This document shows positions 22,322-34,319 of a stretch of 64,000 nucleotides of DNA, piece by piece. Where the stretch lies: the NCBI RefSeq assembly GCF_023055435.1, contig NW_025963802.1:742355-806354 (forward strand). The letters are read 5' to 3'. A program made the translations under genes and the position numbers. Each line of letters starts with the position of its first letter. The first letter of the stretch is position 1. Source of the DNA: Haliotis rufescens. Lineage: Eukaryota. The notes beneath the pieces were generated by a model. That model made no database searches and was not told the DNA's origin. It saw nothing but the letters and a program-made list of their open reading frames with translations.

Positions 22322-22552
22322 TTTGTTTGTTGTTTAATGCCGCGCTCACAATATTCCAGTTATGAAGGCGGTCTGTAAATAATCGAGTCTGGACCAGACA
22401 ATCCAGTGATTGACATCGTTAGCATCGATCCACGCAATTTGGATACGATGACAACCAAGTCAGCGAGTCTTACCAACCGATCCCGTTAGTCGCCTCTTAC
22501 GGAAAGCATGGGTTGCTGAAGACCTATTCTACCCCGGATCTTCACGAATCTA
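22322..22552 (-). mobile_element. SINE-A copy with a 7-bp TSD ctaattg (PUF60 intron)
   Basis: The direct repeat ctaattg lies at 22315-22321 and 22550-22556. The body reads gtttgtttgttgtttaatgccgcgctcacaatattccagttatgaaggcggtctgtaaataatcgagtctggaccagacaatccagtgattgac... Confidence 0.75.
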
Positions 22553-22603
22553 ATTGCTCATAAAGTATAAATGATGCTTTAATTATCTTCTTTTGCTTTC
22601 CAG

Positions 22604-22800
22604 CCACAGCAGCATCTGTTGCTTCCGCCCTGTCAGCGATGGCACCTGATGGGAAGGATGGGAAGAATGGGAAGAAGGAAGGAAAGCAGAACAAGCTGGA
22701 CGACGAGTCAAGTCAGAGTCTGGCTCAGCAAGAAAACATGAAGATCAGTGGCAGTAATGCCAGGCATATGGTCATGCAGAAACTGATGAGGGCACCTCAG
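22604..22800 (+). CDS. PUF60: PUF60 coding exon (...[24 protein letters not shown])
   Basis: Matches PUF60 [25 protein letters not shown]. Acceptor is tttccag and donor is cag|gtacat. Confidence 0.85.
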
Positions 22801-23033
22801 GTACATACATATATATCACCACAGATTTAGATATGATATTGTTTTGAGAGTCCACCCTCTCTTTCAAGCAATTTGAGACTTTGAATGTTCATATGGCTGG
22901 TAAATAATTATGTGCTGAGATTACATTTCTTGAAAATAACCGTCTAATTTGGAATATTGTGTTAAAAGAAAAGGTTATTGCTTATCTTAAAGTTGCACAC
23001 AGGGTGAAACTAATATTTGTTGTGTTCGTGCAG

Positions 23034-23223
23034 GCCCGCGTGATGGTGCTAAGGAACATGGTTGGCCCCGAGGACCTCGATGATGAGCTGGAGACTGAGG
23101 TGACAGAGGAGTGTGGCAAGTTCGGAGTTGTTAACCGAGTTATCATCTATCAGGAAAAACAGAGTGAAGAGGAAGATGCAGAAATTGTTGTCAAGATCTT
23201 TGTGGAGTTCACCGCACAGGATG
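23034..23223 (+). CDS. PUF60: PUF60 coding exon, UHM/RRM3 part ([63 protein letters not shown])
   Basis: Near-identical to the PUF60 UHM domain ([57 protein letters not shown]). Acceptor is tcgtgcag and donor is atg|gtaaga. Confidence 0.9.
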
Positions 23224-24459
23224 GTAAGATTTTCTGTATTTTAACAGTGTCAGAATTACAGTTACATACTTGCAGTGTCAGAAATTAAATAACTCTTACT
23301 GGGTTTTTATTATCTCTGATATTTTTGAGCCCTCACTTTCAATGTTGGTTTAAAAAAAAATATGTGCAGGTCCCAAGATGTTTAAGTTTTGCTTCCATAT
23401 TCTGTTATTGATGGAAGTTAACCCACAACTAGATTTTTGATTATGATAGAAGACGTACTGTTTAATGAAAGATTTGTTAACTCTTACATGTGTGTACTGT
23501 GAGGATAATATGATCACTCCATGGAAAGTTCAATGGAAGTAAAAAATACAAGAAAACATGCAAAAATTTGTCTTCGTCATCAAGAGCCTTAAACTGTGTC
23601 TGCAAAACACTTCTGTATGACATCTTCCACAAATCCCGACAGTCTCACACAACATTTTATGACCCTGAAAATAAACATTTACCTGCAGACAGCAATTTCG
23701 TAGTTGCCAACTGGCCCAAATTTTACGACTTTGTTACAATTTGCAACTGCAATACTAAAATATGATTTATTCCTTAATTCATACGAATAATATACCTTCA
23801 GCTGTCAAAAACACTCCATTTGTATTTTGGAAAGTTACTGTAATTCAAATAAAACCTAAGAGATTAAGTTGTCAAATGCAGGGATTCCTTGATATTCGTG
23901 CATAGTATTAACACTAATTCAGTGCGATTGAAAATCGCGTACATCTTTCAATAGTTTTATCAGCATTGACACTCTCATTTTCACCTACAAACATTGAAAA
24001 AGTTGTATTGCGTTAATAAGTCCATATTGATTTCATTTGATATGGTCAGACACCCTGTCTTTGATACAGTACACACTACAGACGGAAATAAGACAGCGAA
24101 ATTGACGAAAGCACTGGATTAGGAATGTAAATTATATATTTTTTGCCAACAAACTGTAACACCATTTGCAACTGTCGCTATTTTATGTCATCGCTTGTGA
24201 TATATTAAATTAAAATTTTAACAGACATTGTCGAAAACTAGAAATTTGCAATTAAATGAACAGCTGTTGCCTGTAAACCTGCCTTATCTATTATTGTTCT
24301 CGCAAATAATTCCTCCTAAAGTCACAATGAACTGAAATACATAAGTATTAATGTATTTTCTCCTAAACTAGACAATGAACAGAAATATTAATACTAATGC
24401 ATTTTGTTGTTGATACTAATGCCAATATTTTAAAGTATTCAAAGTGGAATAATTAATGT

Positions 24460-24812
24460 TACCGTATTCGATGTAATAAGCGCCCAGGGCGCTCTCAAAA
24501 TTAGAAATAGGGGGCTCTTATTAGAATGTTATTTTGGTGGGGGCAAAAAAGAGTTGAAAGATAAATTTCGTGGTTTATGCTGACAGCCTGAAATGTTTAT
24601 ATACAACAGATATATTTTTCCAGAATTAAATGCCCATAATTAAGGGTGCATAACACACACGAGTGCATATTATACGCGAATAAATAAGTCTTGTGTACAT
24701 TGTTCACTCGGAAGGGGTGCTGATTGGGATTGTTCAATAGCCAATATATAAGCAAATGTCGCCGTGGGCGCTTATTAGAGCCGGGTGCTTATTACGTCGA
24801 ACACGGTATATT
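24460..24812. mobile_element. Candidate foldback/MITE (about 350 bp) in a PUF60 intron
   Basis: The segment 24462-24495 (taccgtattcgatgtaataagcgcccagggcgc) is the reverse complement of 24780-24812 (gccgggtgcttattacgtcgaacacggta), at roughly 85-90% identity. Confidence 0.4.
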
Positions 24813-25174
24813 CTAGTAACATAAATTGCAACATAATTTGAGTCACAAATGCCAAATATCAAATACAGTTTCCACTATGGCAAGACAAGATGTCTCAGCA
24901 CACGCCAAAATATCTCATTGCTTTTAGACCAGGGAGGATTTTCTCTCATAGGTAAAAAATTCCAAGTATAATCCTTGCAAATGAGTTTCGAAATCACATG
25001 GCTTTATTGTACCTTGGATGATTCATAATTGTTGAGCTTTGGTGTCCTGACTGGAAGATGGTAACAAAATACTAATTGTAATGTTTGGGGAAATTGGCAG
25101 CTACTCAATTTTATCAAAGTCGGTTACTTGTTATGCCCCGCATGATATGAGCCTCTGAAACATTGTTATTTCAG

Positions 25175-25284
25175 GTCTAGAACGAGCCATTCAGTCCCTA
25201 AATGGCCGGTTCTTTGGTGGGAGAATTGTGAGAGCAGAAAAGTATGATCCTGACATGTTTGAAGCTCAAGATCTGTCTGGTTGA
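25175..25284 (+). CDS. PUF60: PUF60 terminal coding exon (GLERAIQSLNGRFFGGRIVRAEKYDPDMFEAQDLSG*)
   Basis: Matches PUF60 ...[33 protein letters not shown]. Acceptor is tatttcag and the stop TGA is at 25282-25284. A candidate poly(A) signal aataaa lies at about 26326. Confidence 0.85.
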
Positions 25285-26653
25285 AAACCTAAGGGAAACA
25301 TGGAGAAATCCTGAGAAAAACAGAGACTCTAAAGTGCTTGAATGATGGAAAGACGGTATCATTCAGTTATCCTTAAGTCAGCAAGCCAAGGTACTCCCAA
25401 ATGCTGGTGTAATGGCGTCCGTATGCACTACGTCTCAAGGGATATCACAGCGCGAGCTGTTCCAGAAATAATACCAGAAAGTGTTTCGCTTCAAAGTGTA
25501 TGTTTCCTGACAAATGCGATCCTTAAAACTGATGGGAAGTGTGTAATTTGAATGTGGAATTAGCTTACAGTTCGCATGTTTTGATGCTACCACACAGCTG
25601 ATACGATTCTAGAATTTGGTGCTTCATTTTCAGAACTTTAAGATTTGACCTAAAGCAACAAGAGTCAGATAAGGAGACGCGTGAATGCTGATAGCCTGGT
25701 TCTAAACAACTTGTGATTGAGTGAATATTTGTGTGATGGTGGCTTTATTCATTGTGTGACTTGCCAGTTTGAGTGAAAGATATGTGTATAAATCTGGTAC
25801 AACTGATTTGAATGTTTCCTGTTATGAAAATTGCCATAAGATTATGAACTAGGTGTAAATAATGTATATGAAAAGAAATTATGAGATTTTGTTTGATGTT
25901 TTCAACTCGGCTAAAGTTTTAAGATTTTAATGAAGTGAAAATTGAAAGTTTGAAATTGTGATGTATTAAGTTTTTTTCAATTGCTTGAGAAAGGTATTCA
26001 GAAAGATGTGTTCATTTCATCACTTGAGAGGAATCATGTAGATATTTTTAAGGTACATTGGATTCTTACCTTGATGGGCCCATCTACCTCAAAACATCTA
26101 CATGTTCAAAACTAAGGCTCACAATTTGGTTGTTATTTTTTGTAATGTCAAAGTATTATGTTTTGTATCGTGAAGGAATTGTATATTTCTCTTATCAAGA
26201 GTACATCAATTCAGTCCGTGTGAATGATTCTGTTTCAGCCTTAATTTCACATTCAACTTGTGTAAATACGTATTTTAAAGAATGACTTCAAAAGGTGTAT
26301 AATATGTTGATATTGACATTTTGTAAATAAACCATGATGCAAACTATGTTTGATTTTCTTATGTCTTTGTGAAAACATGGAAGGTTGAAACCCTTTTTGC
26401 AACAAGAAGTAAAGAATAACTGGATTATGTCTTTATTACAAGTTCATTGCAATATAGCAGAAAAATTGGTGGGGTGTGTTCTAAAAAATATTTGATTACA
26501 AAATACATTTAAAGTATAAGTAAACCAGATTGAAGCACCTTTTCCCAAATATTAATTCCTTATACAGTTAATTATCTTGTCGGGGGACTGATTTGATTTT
26601 GCTGTTTTTTTCCTGTTGAATTTATGACCAACTTTATGATTCATATATTAGTA

Positions 26654-26817
26654 GGGGCGGACGGGTAGCCAGTGGTTAAAGCGTTTGCTCGTCACGCCAA
26701 AGACCCAGGTTCGATTCCCAACATGGGTACAATGTGTGAAGCCCATTTCTGGTGTCCCCCGCCGTGATATTGCTGGAATATTGCTAAAAGCGGCGTAGAA
26801 CCATACTCACTCACTCA
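26654..26817 (+). mobile_element. SINE-B copy (downstream of the PUF60 3' end)
   Basis: Reads gggcggacgggtagccagtggttaaagcgtttgctcgtcacgccaaagacccaggttcgattcccaacatgggtacaatgtgtgaagcccatttctggtgtcccccgccgtgatattgctggaatattgctaaaagcggcgtagaaccatactcactcactca. Confidence 0.8.
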
Positions 26818-27154
26818 TATATTAGTAGCTCATTATGATCTTTTCATTATACCTCGTGAATGACCTAGTGTTAAGTCTATTAAAGTAAGCACCCTTTGAA
26901 AATTGAGTAGAAACTGAATGGTCACTTCTGGTCACCTGTGCACAAAGCAAAGTAGCAGAGGACATGGACAGCAGATCACTTTAAAAGAATGTGTAAGCGT
27001 GACATTATATATCACATGTGCACTGATTCAACAGATTTTGTTTGTGAGATGCCTAGAGATTGCCATGCTCTTGAGCACATGGTTCTCTGCAGAGGTACCG
27101 CCTCCGTGGTAGATCGTCCGCCCGGAGAGAGGGAGGTCCGGGGTTGGATCCCGG

Positions 27155-27162
<8 letters not shown>

Positions 27163-27218
<56 letters not shown>
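27163..27218. repeat. (CA)n microsatellite, about 28 units
   Basis: Direct reading. It is preceded by a tRNA-like motif ggtagatcgtccgcccggagagagggaggtccggggttggatcccggc. Confidence 0.95.
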
Positions 27219-27221
<3 letters not shown>

Positions 27222-27399
27222 CAGACGGCTAAGAAGTGTGAAAACAATTCAGCAGGATCAAGGCCACACTTAAAGCAACAAAATTGAAGATTATTTAAAA
27301 ATGTAAGTGCTACAAGGACTAAATAATGACATGACATTACACATATGCTTTGTTGTATGTTCTTCTGACTTATGAGAACATAATTCTATTTTACTCATT

Positions 27400-27600
27400 C
27401 AGTGTTTTTGTATTTGTATGTTGTAAGACGAGTTCACTTGGGGATAAACAGGAACAGTTGCGTATTCATGTTAAACTGCGGCATGGTATCAAAGTTAACT
27501 AGCACTATAAAACCGGCTTTTGTCAGGAGCATTACAAGCAGAGACACGCAGGCACGCACACAGGCACACAAGCACGCACACAGATTTGGTCCGTACGAGA
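27400..27600 (+). mobile_element. Microsatellite-tailed interspersed repeat (copy 3)
   Basis: Contains catgttaaactgcggcatggtatcaaagttaactagcactataaaaccggc followed by a cacgcaggcacgcacacaggcacacaagcacgcacacag tail. A tRNA-like motif plus (CA)n at 27090-27218 may be the head of the same element. Confidence 0.45.
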
Positions 27601-27789
27601 AAATCAGCTACACATACACGTGCATGCACGTCGCTATAGAAGTGACACAACTGAAGCGACGTTTTTACATTTCACCTCGCCTTTTACTCTTGACGGATTG
27701 AACAAAATACAAAACAAAGTTTCGACCAGGAACATTCTTCCATTCAACCAAACATTCACACAGCCACACATATTCATAAGTCTTATTAC

Positions 27790-30700
27790 GACCATTCATC
27801 CATCTTATCAGATTACTAATCCATCCAACTGCAATAATCATCCATCTTAATACTGATCCATCCAACTGCAATAATCATCCATCTTAATACTGATCCATCC
27901 AACTGCAATAATCATCCATCTTAATACTAATCCATCCAACTGCAATAATCATCTATCTTCATACTGATCCATCCAACTGCACTAATCATCCATATTAATA
28001 CTGATCCATCCAACTGCAATAATCATCCATCTTCACACTGATCCATCCAACTGCACTAATCATCCATCTTAATACTAATCCATCCAACTGCAATAATCAT
28101 CCATCTTAATACTAATCCATCCAACTGCAATAATCATCTATCTTCATACTGATCCATCCAACTGTACTAATCATCCATCTTAATACTAATCCATCCAACT
28201 GCAATAATCATCCATCTTCACACTGATCCATCCAACTGCAATAATCATCCATCTTAATACTGATCCATCCAACTGCAATAATCATCCATCTTCACACTGA
28301 TCCATCCAACTGCACTAATCATCCATCTTAAAACTGATCCATCCAACTGCAATAATCATCCATCTTAATACTGATCCACCCAACTGCAATAATCATCAAT
28401 ATTATTACTGATCCATCAAACTGCACTAATCATCCATCTTAAAACTGATCCATCCAACTGCAATAATCATCCATCTTAATACTGATCCACCCAACTGCAA
28501 TAATCATCAATATTAATACTGATCCATCCAACTGCAATAATCATCCATCTTAATACTGATCCATCCAACTGCAATAATCATCCATCTTAATACTGATCCA
28601 TCCAACTGCAATAATCATCCATCTTAATACTGATCCATCCAACTGCAATAATCATCCATCTTAAAACTGATCCATCCAACTGCAATAATCATCCATCTTA
28701 ATACTGATTCATCCAACTGCAATAATCATCCATCTTAATACTAATCCATCCAACTGCAATAATCATCTATCTTCATACTGATCCATCCAACTGCACTAAT
28801 CATCCATCTTAATACTGATCCATCCAACTGCAATAATCATCCATCTTCACACTGATCCATCCAACTGCACTAATCATCCATCTTAATACTAATCCATCCA
28901 ACTGCAATAATCATCCATCTTAATACTAATCCATCCAACTGCAATAATCATCTATCTTCATACTGATCCATCCAACTGTACTAATCATCCATCTTAATAC
29001 TAATCCATCCAACTGCAATAATCATCCATCTTCACACTGATCCATCCAACTGCAATAATCATCCATCTTAATACTGATCCATCCAACTGCAATAATCATC
29101 CATCTTCACACTGATCCATCCAACTGCACTAATCATCCATCTTAAAACTGATCCATCCAACTGCAATAATCATCCCTCTTAATACTGATCCACCCAACTG
29201 CAATAATCATCAATATTATTACTGATCCATCAAACTGCACTAATAATCCATCTTAAAACTGATCCATCCAACTGCAATAATCATCCATCTTAATACTGAT
29301 CCACCCAACTGCAATAATCATCAATATTAATACTGATCCATCCAACTGCAATAATCATCCATCTTAATACTGATCCATCCAACTGCAATAATCATCCATC
29401 TTAATACTGATCCATCCAACTGCAATAATCATCCATCTTAAAACTGATCCATCCAACTGCAATAATCATCCATCTTAATACTGATCCATCCAACTGCAAT
29501 AATCATCCATCTTAAAACTGATCCATCCAACTGCAATAATCATCCATCTTAATACTGATCCATCCAACTGCAATAATCATCAACATTAATACTGATCCAT
29601 CCAACTGCAATAATCATCCATCTTAATACTGATCCATCCGACTGCAATAATCATCCATCTTAATACTGATCCATCCAACTGCAATAATCATCCATCTTAA
29701 TACTGATCCATCCAACTGCAATAATCATCCATCTTCATACTGATCCATCCAACTGCAATAATCATCCATCTTAAAACTGATCCATCCAACTGCAATAATC
29801 ATCCATCATAATACTGATCCAACCAACTGCAATAATCATCCATCTTAATACTAATCCATCCAACTGCAATAATCATCTATCTTCATACTGATCCATCCAA
29901 CTGTACTAATCATCCATCTTAATACTAATCCATCCAACTGCAATAATCATCCATCTTCACACTGATCCATCCAACTGCAATAATCATCCATCTTAATACT
30001 GATCCATCCAACTGCAATAATCATCCATCTTCACACTGATCCATCCAACTGCACTAATCATCCATCTTAAAACTGATCCATCCAACTGCAATAATCATCC
30101 ATCTTAATACTGATCCACCCAACTGCAATAATCATCAATATTATTACTGATCCATCAAACTGCACTAATCATCCATCTTAAAACTGATCCATCCAACTGC
30201 AATAATCATCCATCTTAATACTGATCCACCCAACTGCAATAATCATCAATATTAATACTGATCCATCCAACTGCAATAATCATCCATCTTAATACTGATC
30301 CATCCAACTGCAATAATCATCCATCTTAATACTGATCCACCCAACTGCAATAATCATCAATATTAATACTGATCCATCCAACTGCAATAATCATCCATCT
30401 TAATACTGATCCATCCAACTGCAATAATCATCCATCTTAATACTGATCCATCCAACTGCAATAATCATCCATCTTAATACTGATCCATCCAACTGCAATA
30501 ATCATCCATCTTAAAACTGATCCATCCAACTGCAATAATCATCCATCTTAATACTGATCCATCCAACTGCAATAATCATCCATCTTAATACTGATCCATC
30601 CAACTGCAATAATCATCAACATTAATACTGATCCATCCAACTGCAATAATCATCCATCTTAATACTGATCCATCCGACTGCAATAATCATCCATCTTAAT

Positions 30701-33560
30701 ACTGATCCATCCAACTGCAATAATCATCCATCTTAATACTGATCCATCCAACTGCAATAATCATCCATCTTCATACTGATCCATCCAACTGCAATAATCA
30801 TCCATCTTAAAACTGATCCATCCAACTGCAATAATCATCCATCTTAATACTGATCCAACCAACTGCAATAATCATCCATCTTAAAACTGATCCATCCAAC
30901 TGCAATAATCATCTATCTTAATACTGATCCATCCAACTGCAATAATCATCCATCTTAATACTGATCCATCCAACTGCAATAATCATCAATATTAATACTG
31001 ATCCATCCAACTGCAATAATCATCCATCTTAATACTGATCCATCCAACTGCAATAATCATCAATATTAATACTGATCCATCCAACTGCAATAATCATCCA
31101 TCTTAATACTGATCCATCCAACTGCACTAATCATCCATATTAAAACTGATCCATCCAACTGCAATAATCATCCATCTTAAAACTGATCCATCCAACTGCA
31201 ATAATCATCCATCTTAATACTGATCCATCCAACTGCAATAATCATCAATATTAATACTGATCCATCCAACTGCAATAATCATCCATCTTAATACTGATCC
31301 ATCCAACTGCAATAATCATCCATCTTAATACTGATCCATCCAACTGCAATAATCATCCATCTTAAAACTGATCCATCCAACTGCAATAATCATCCATCTT
31401 AAAACTGATCCATCCAACTGCACTAATCATCCATCTTATACTGATCCATCTAACTGCAATAATCATCCATCTTAAAACTGATCCATCCAACTGCACTAAT
31501 CATCCATCTTAAAACTGATCCATCCAACTGCACTAATCATCCATCTTCATACTGATCCATCTAACTGCAATAATCATCCATCTTAAAACTGATCCATCCA
31601 ACTGCAATAATCATCCATCTTAATACTGATCCATCCAACTGCAATAATCATCCATCTTAATACTGATCCATCCAACTGCAATAATCATCAACATTAATAC
31701 TGATCCATCCAACTGCAATAATCATTCATCTTAATACTGATCCATCCAACTGCAATAATCATCCATCTTAATACTGATCCATCCAACTGCAATAATCATC
31801 CATCTTAATACTGATCCATCCAACTGCAATAATCATCCATCTTAATACTGATCCATCCAACTGCAATAATCATCCATCTTAATACTGATCCATCCAACTG
31901 CAATAATCATCAACATTAATACTGATCCATCCAACTGCAATAATCATTCATCTTAATACTGATCCATCCAACTGCAATAATCATCCATCTTCATACTGAT
32001 CCATCTAACTGCAATAATCATCCATCTTAAAACTGATCCATCCAACTGCAATAATCATCCATCTTAATACTGATCCATCCAACTGCAATAATCATCCATC
32101 TTAATACTGATCCATCCAACTGCAATAATCATCAATATTAATACTGATCCATCCAACTGCAATAATCATCCATCTTAATACTGATCCATCCAACTGCACT
32201 AATCATCCATCTTCATACTGATCCATCCAACTGCAATAATCATTCATCTTAAAACTGATCCATCCAACTGCAATAATCATCCATCTTAATACTGATCCAT
32301 CCAACTGCAATAATCATCCATCTTAATACTGATCCATCCAACTGCAATAATCATCCATCTTAATACTGATCCATCCAACTGCAATAATCATCCATCTTAA
32401 TACTGATCCATCCAACTGCAATAATCATCCATCTTAATACTGATCCATCCAACTGCAATAATCATCCATCATAATACTGATCCATCCAACTGCACTAATC
32501 ATCCATCTTCATACTGATCCATCTAACTGCAATAATCATCCATCTTAAAACTGATCCATCCAACTGCAATAATCATCCATCTTAATACTGATCCATCCAA
32601 CTGCAATAATCATCAATATTAATACTGATCCATCCAACTGCAATAATCATCCATCTTAATACTGATCCATCCAACTGCACTAATCATCCATCTTAAAACT
32701 GATCCATCCAACTGCAATAATCATCCATCTTAAAACTGATCCATCCAACTGCAATAATCATCCATCTTAATACTGATCCATCCAACTGCAATAATCATCA
32801 ATATTAATACTGATCCATCCAACTGCAATAATCATCCATCTTAATACTGATCCATCCAACTGCAATAATCATCAATATTAATACTGATCCATCCAACTGC
32901 AATAATCATCCATCTTAAAACTGATCCATCCAACTGCAATAATCATCAACATTAATAATGATCCATCCAACTGCCATAATCATCCATCTTAATACTGATC
33001 CATCCAACTGCAATAATCATCCATCTTAAAACTGATCCATCCAACTGCAATAATCATCCATCTTAATACTGATCCATCCAACTGCAATAATCATCAATAT
33101 TAATACTGATCCATCCAACTGCAATAATCATCCATCTTAATACTGATCCATCTAACTGCAATAATCATCCATCTTAATACTGATCCATCCAACTGCAATA
33201 ATCATCCATCTTAATACTGATCCATCCAACTGCAATAATCATCCATCTTAATACTGATCCATCCAACTGCACTAATGATCCATCTTCATACTGATCCATC
33301 TAACTGCAATAATCATCCATCTTAAAACTGATCCATCCAACTGCAATAATCATCCATCTTAATACTGATCCATCCAACTGCAATAATCATCCCTCTTAAT
33401 ACTGATCCATCCAACTGCAATAATCATCCATCTTAATACTGATCCATCCAACTGCAATAATCATCCATCTTAATACTGATCCATCCAACTGCAAACATTC
33501 TCCCACCTTTTCAGAATATTGATCTATCCAACTGTAAAAGTCATCCATCTTACAAGAATT
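27790..33560. repeat. 37-bp satellite (unit tgatccatccaactgcaataatcatccatcttaatac), about 155 copies over about 5.7 kb, with higher-order periodicity
   Basis: The 37-bp period is visible directly. Unit variants (cactaatcatccatcttaaaac, caataatcatcaatattaatac, cttcacac, cttcatac, ctaatcc) recur in the same order at 28100-28440, 28900-29250 and 29850-30200. That implies a higher-order repeat of roughly 0.8-0.95 kb. Confidence 0.9.
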
Positions 33561-33769
33561 CAAGGAATGGTCGGCTCGGAGTCGGTATACTGTATCTGAG
33601 TGGGATATCCATGTTTATCTCAGTTGGCAAGCCTTATGAAACTGACATTGCACACACGACCAACTACAAACATGTTCATTTAACTATACACAGGGACGTT
33701 TATACACCAAAGCGAAATATTCGCGGCGCAACCGCAAACATCCGAAACCACGAACATCCACCCTTAGAA

Positions 33770-34300
33770 ACAAAACATTTCCATTTAACAACAACCATCC
33801 ATCCATTTAATAACCAAACCCCGACGTTACAACGAACATTCATCCACATTTTCCCACCTAACCACGAATACTCATCCACGTTTATCTATCTAACCACGAA
33901 TATTCATCTACATTTTCCCATCTATCCACGAATATTCATCCACATTTTTTCAATCTATCCACGAATATTCATCCATAATTTCCAATCTATCCACGAATAT
34001 TCCTCCATTTAACCACAAATATTCATCCACATTTTCCCATTCTATCCAAGAATATTCACCCACATTTTTAATCTATCCACGAATTTTCATCCATTTAACC
34101 ACGAATATTCATCCATTTAACCACGAATATTCATCCACATTTTCCAATTCTATCCACGAATATTCATCCACATTATCAATCCATCCACGAATATACATCC
34201 ATTTAACCACGAATATTCATCCACATTTACCCTCCTAACCACGAACATTTATCCCAAAACCCATCTAACCGCGAACATTCATCCACACCTTCGAACTAAA
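33770..34300. repeat. Tandem repeat of about 22-32 bp (unit ccacgaatattcatccacattttcccatctat, shorter variant ccacgaatattcatccatttaa)
   Basis: About 18 units. It shares the catccat/catccac core with the adjacent 37-bp satellite. Confidence 0.8.
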
Positions 34301-34319
34301 TAGAATAATCACCCTACAT

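Noticed and set aside
27790-33560. Very regular short repeats that might look like a CRISPR array
   Set aside because: The units are contiguous with no unique spacers. Variants follow a higher-order satellite pattern. The context is eukaryotic. No cas-like ORFs are present.
33611-34012. 133-aa plus-strand ORF
   Set aside because: It lies in the catccac-type tandem repeat. The peptide is low-complexity and repetitive.
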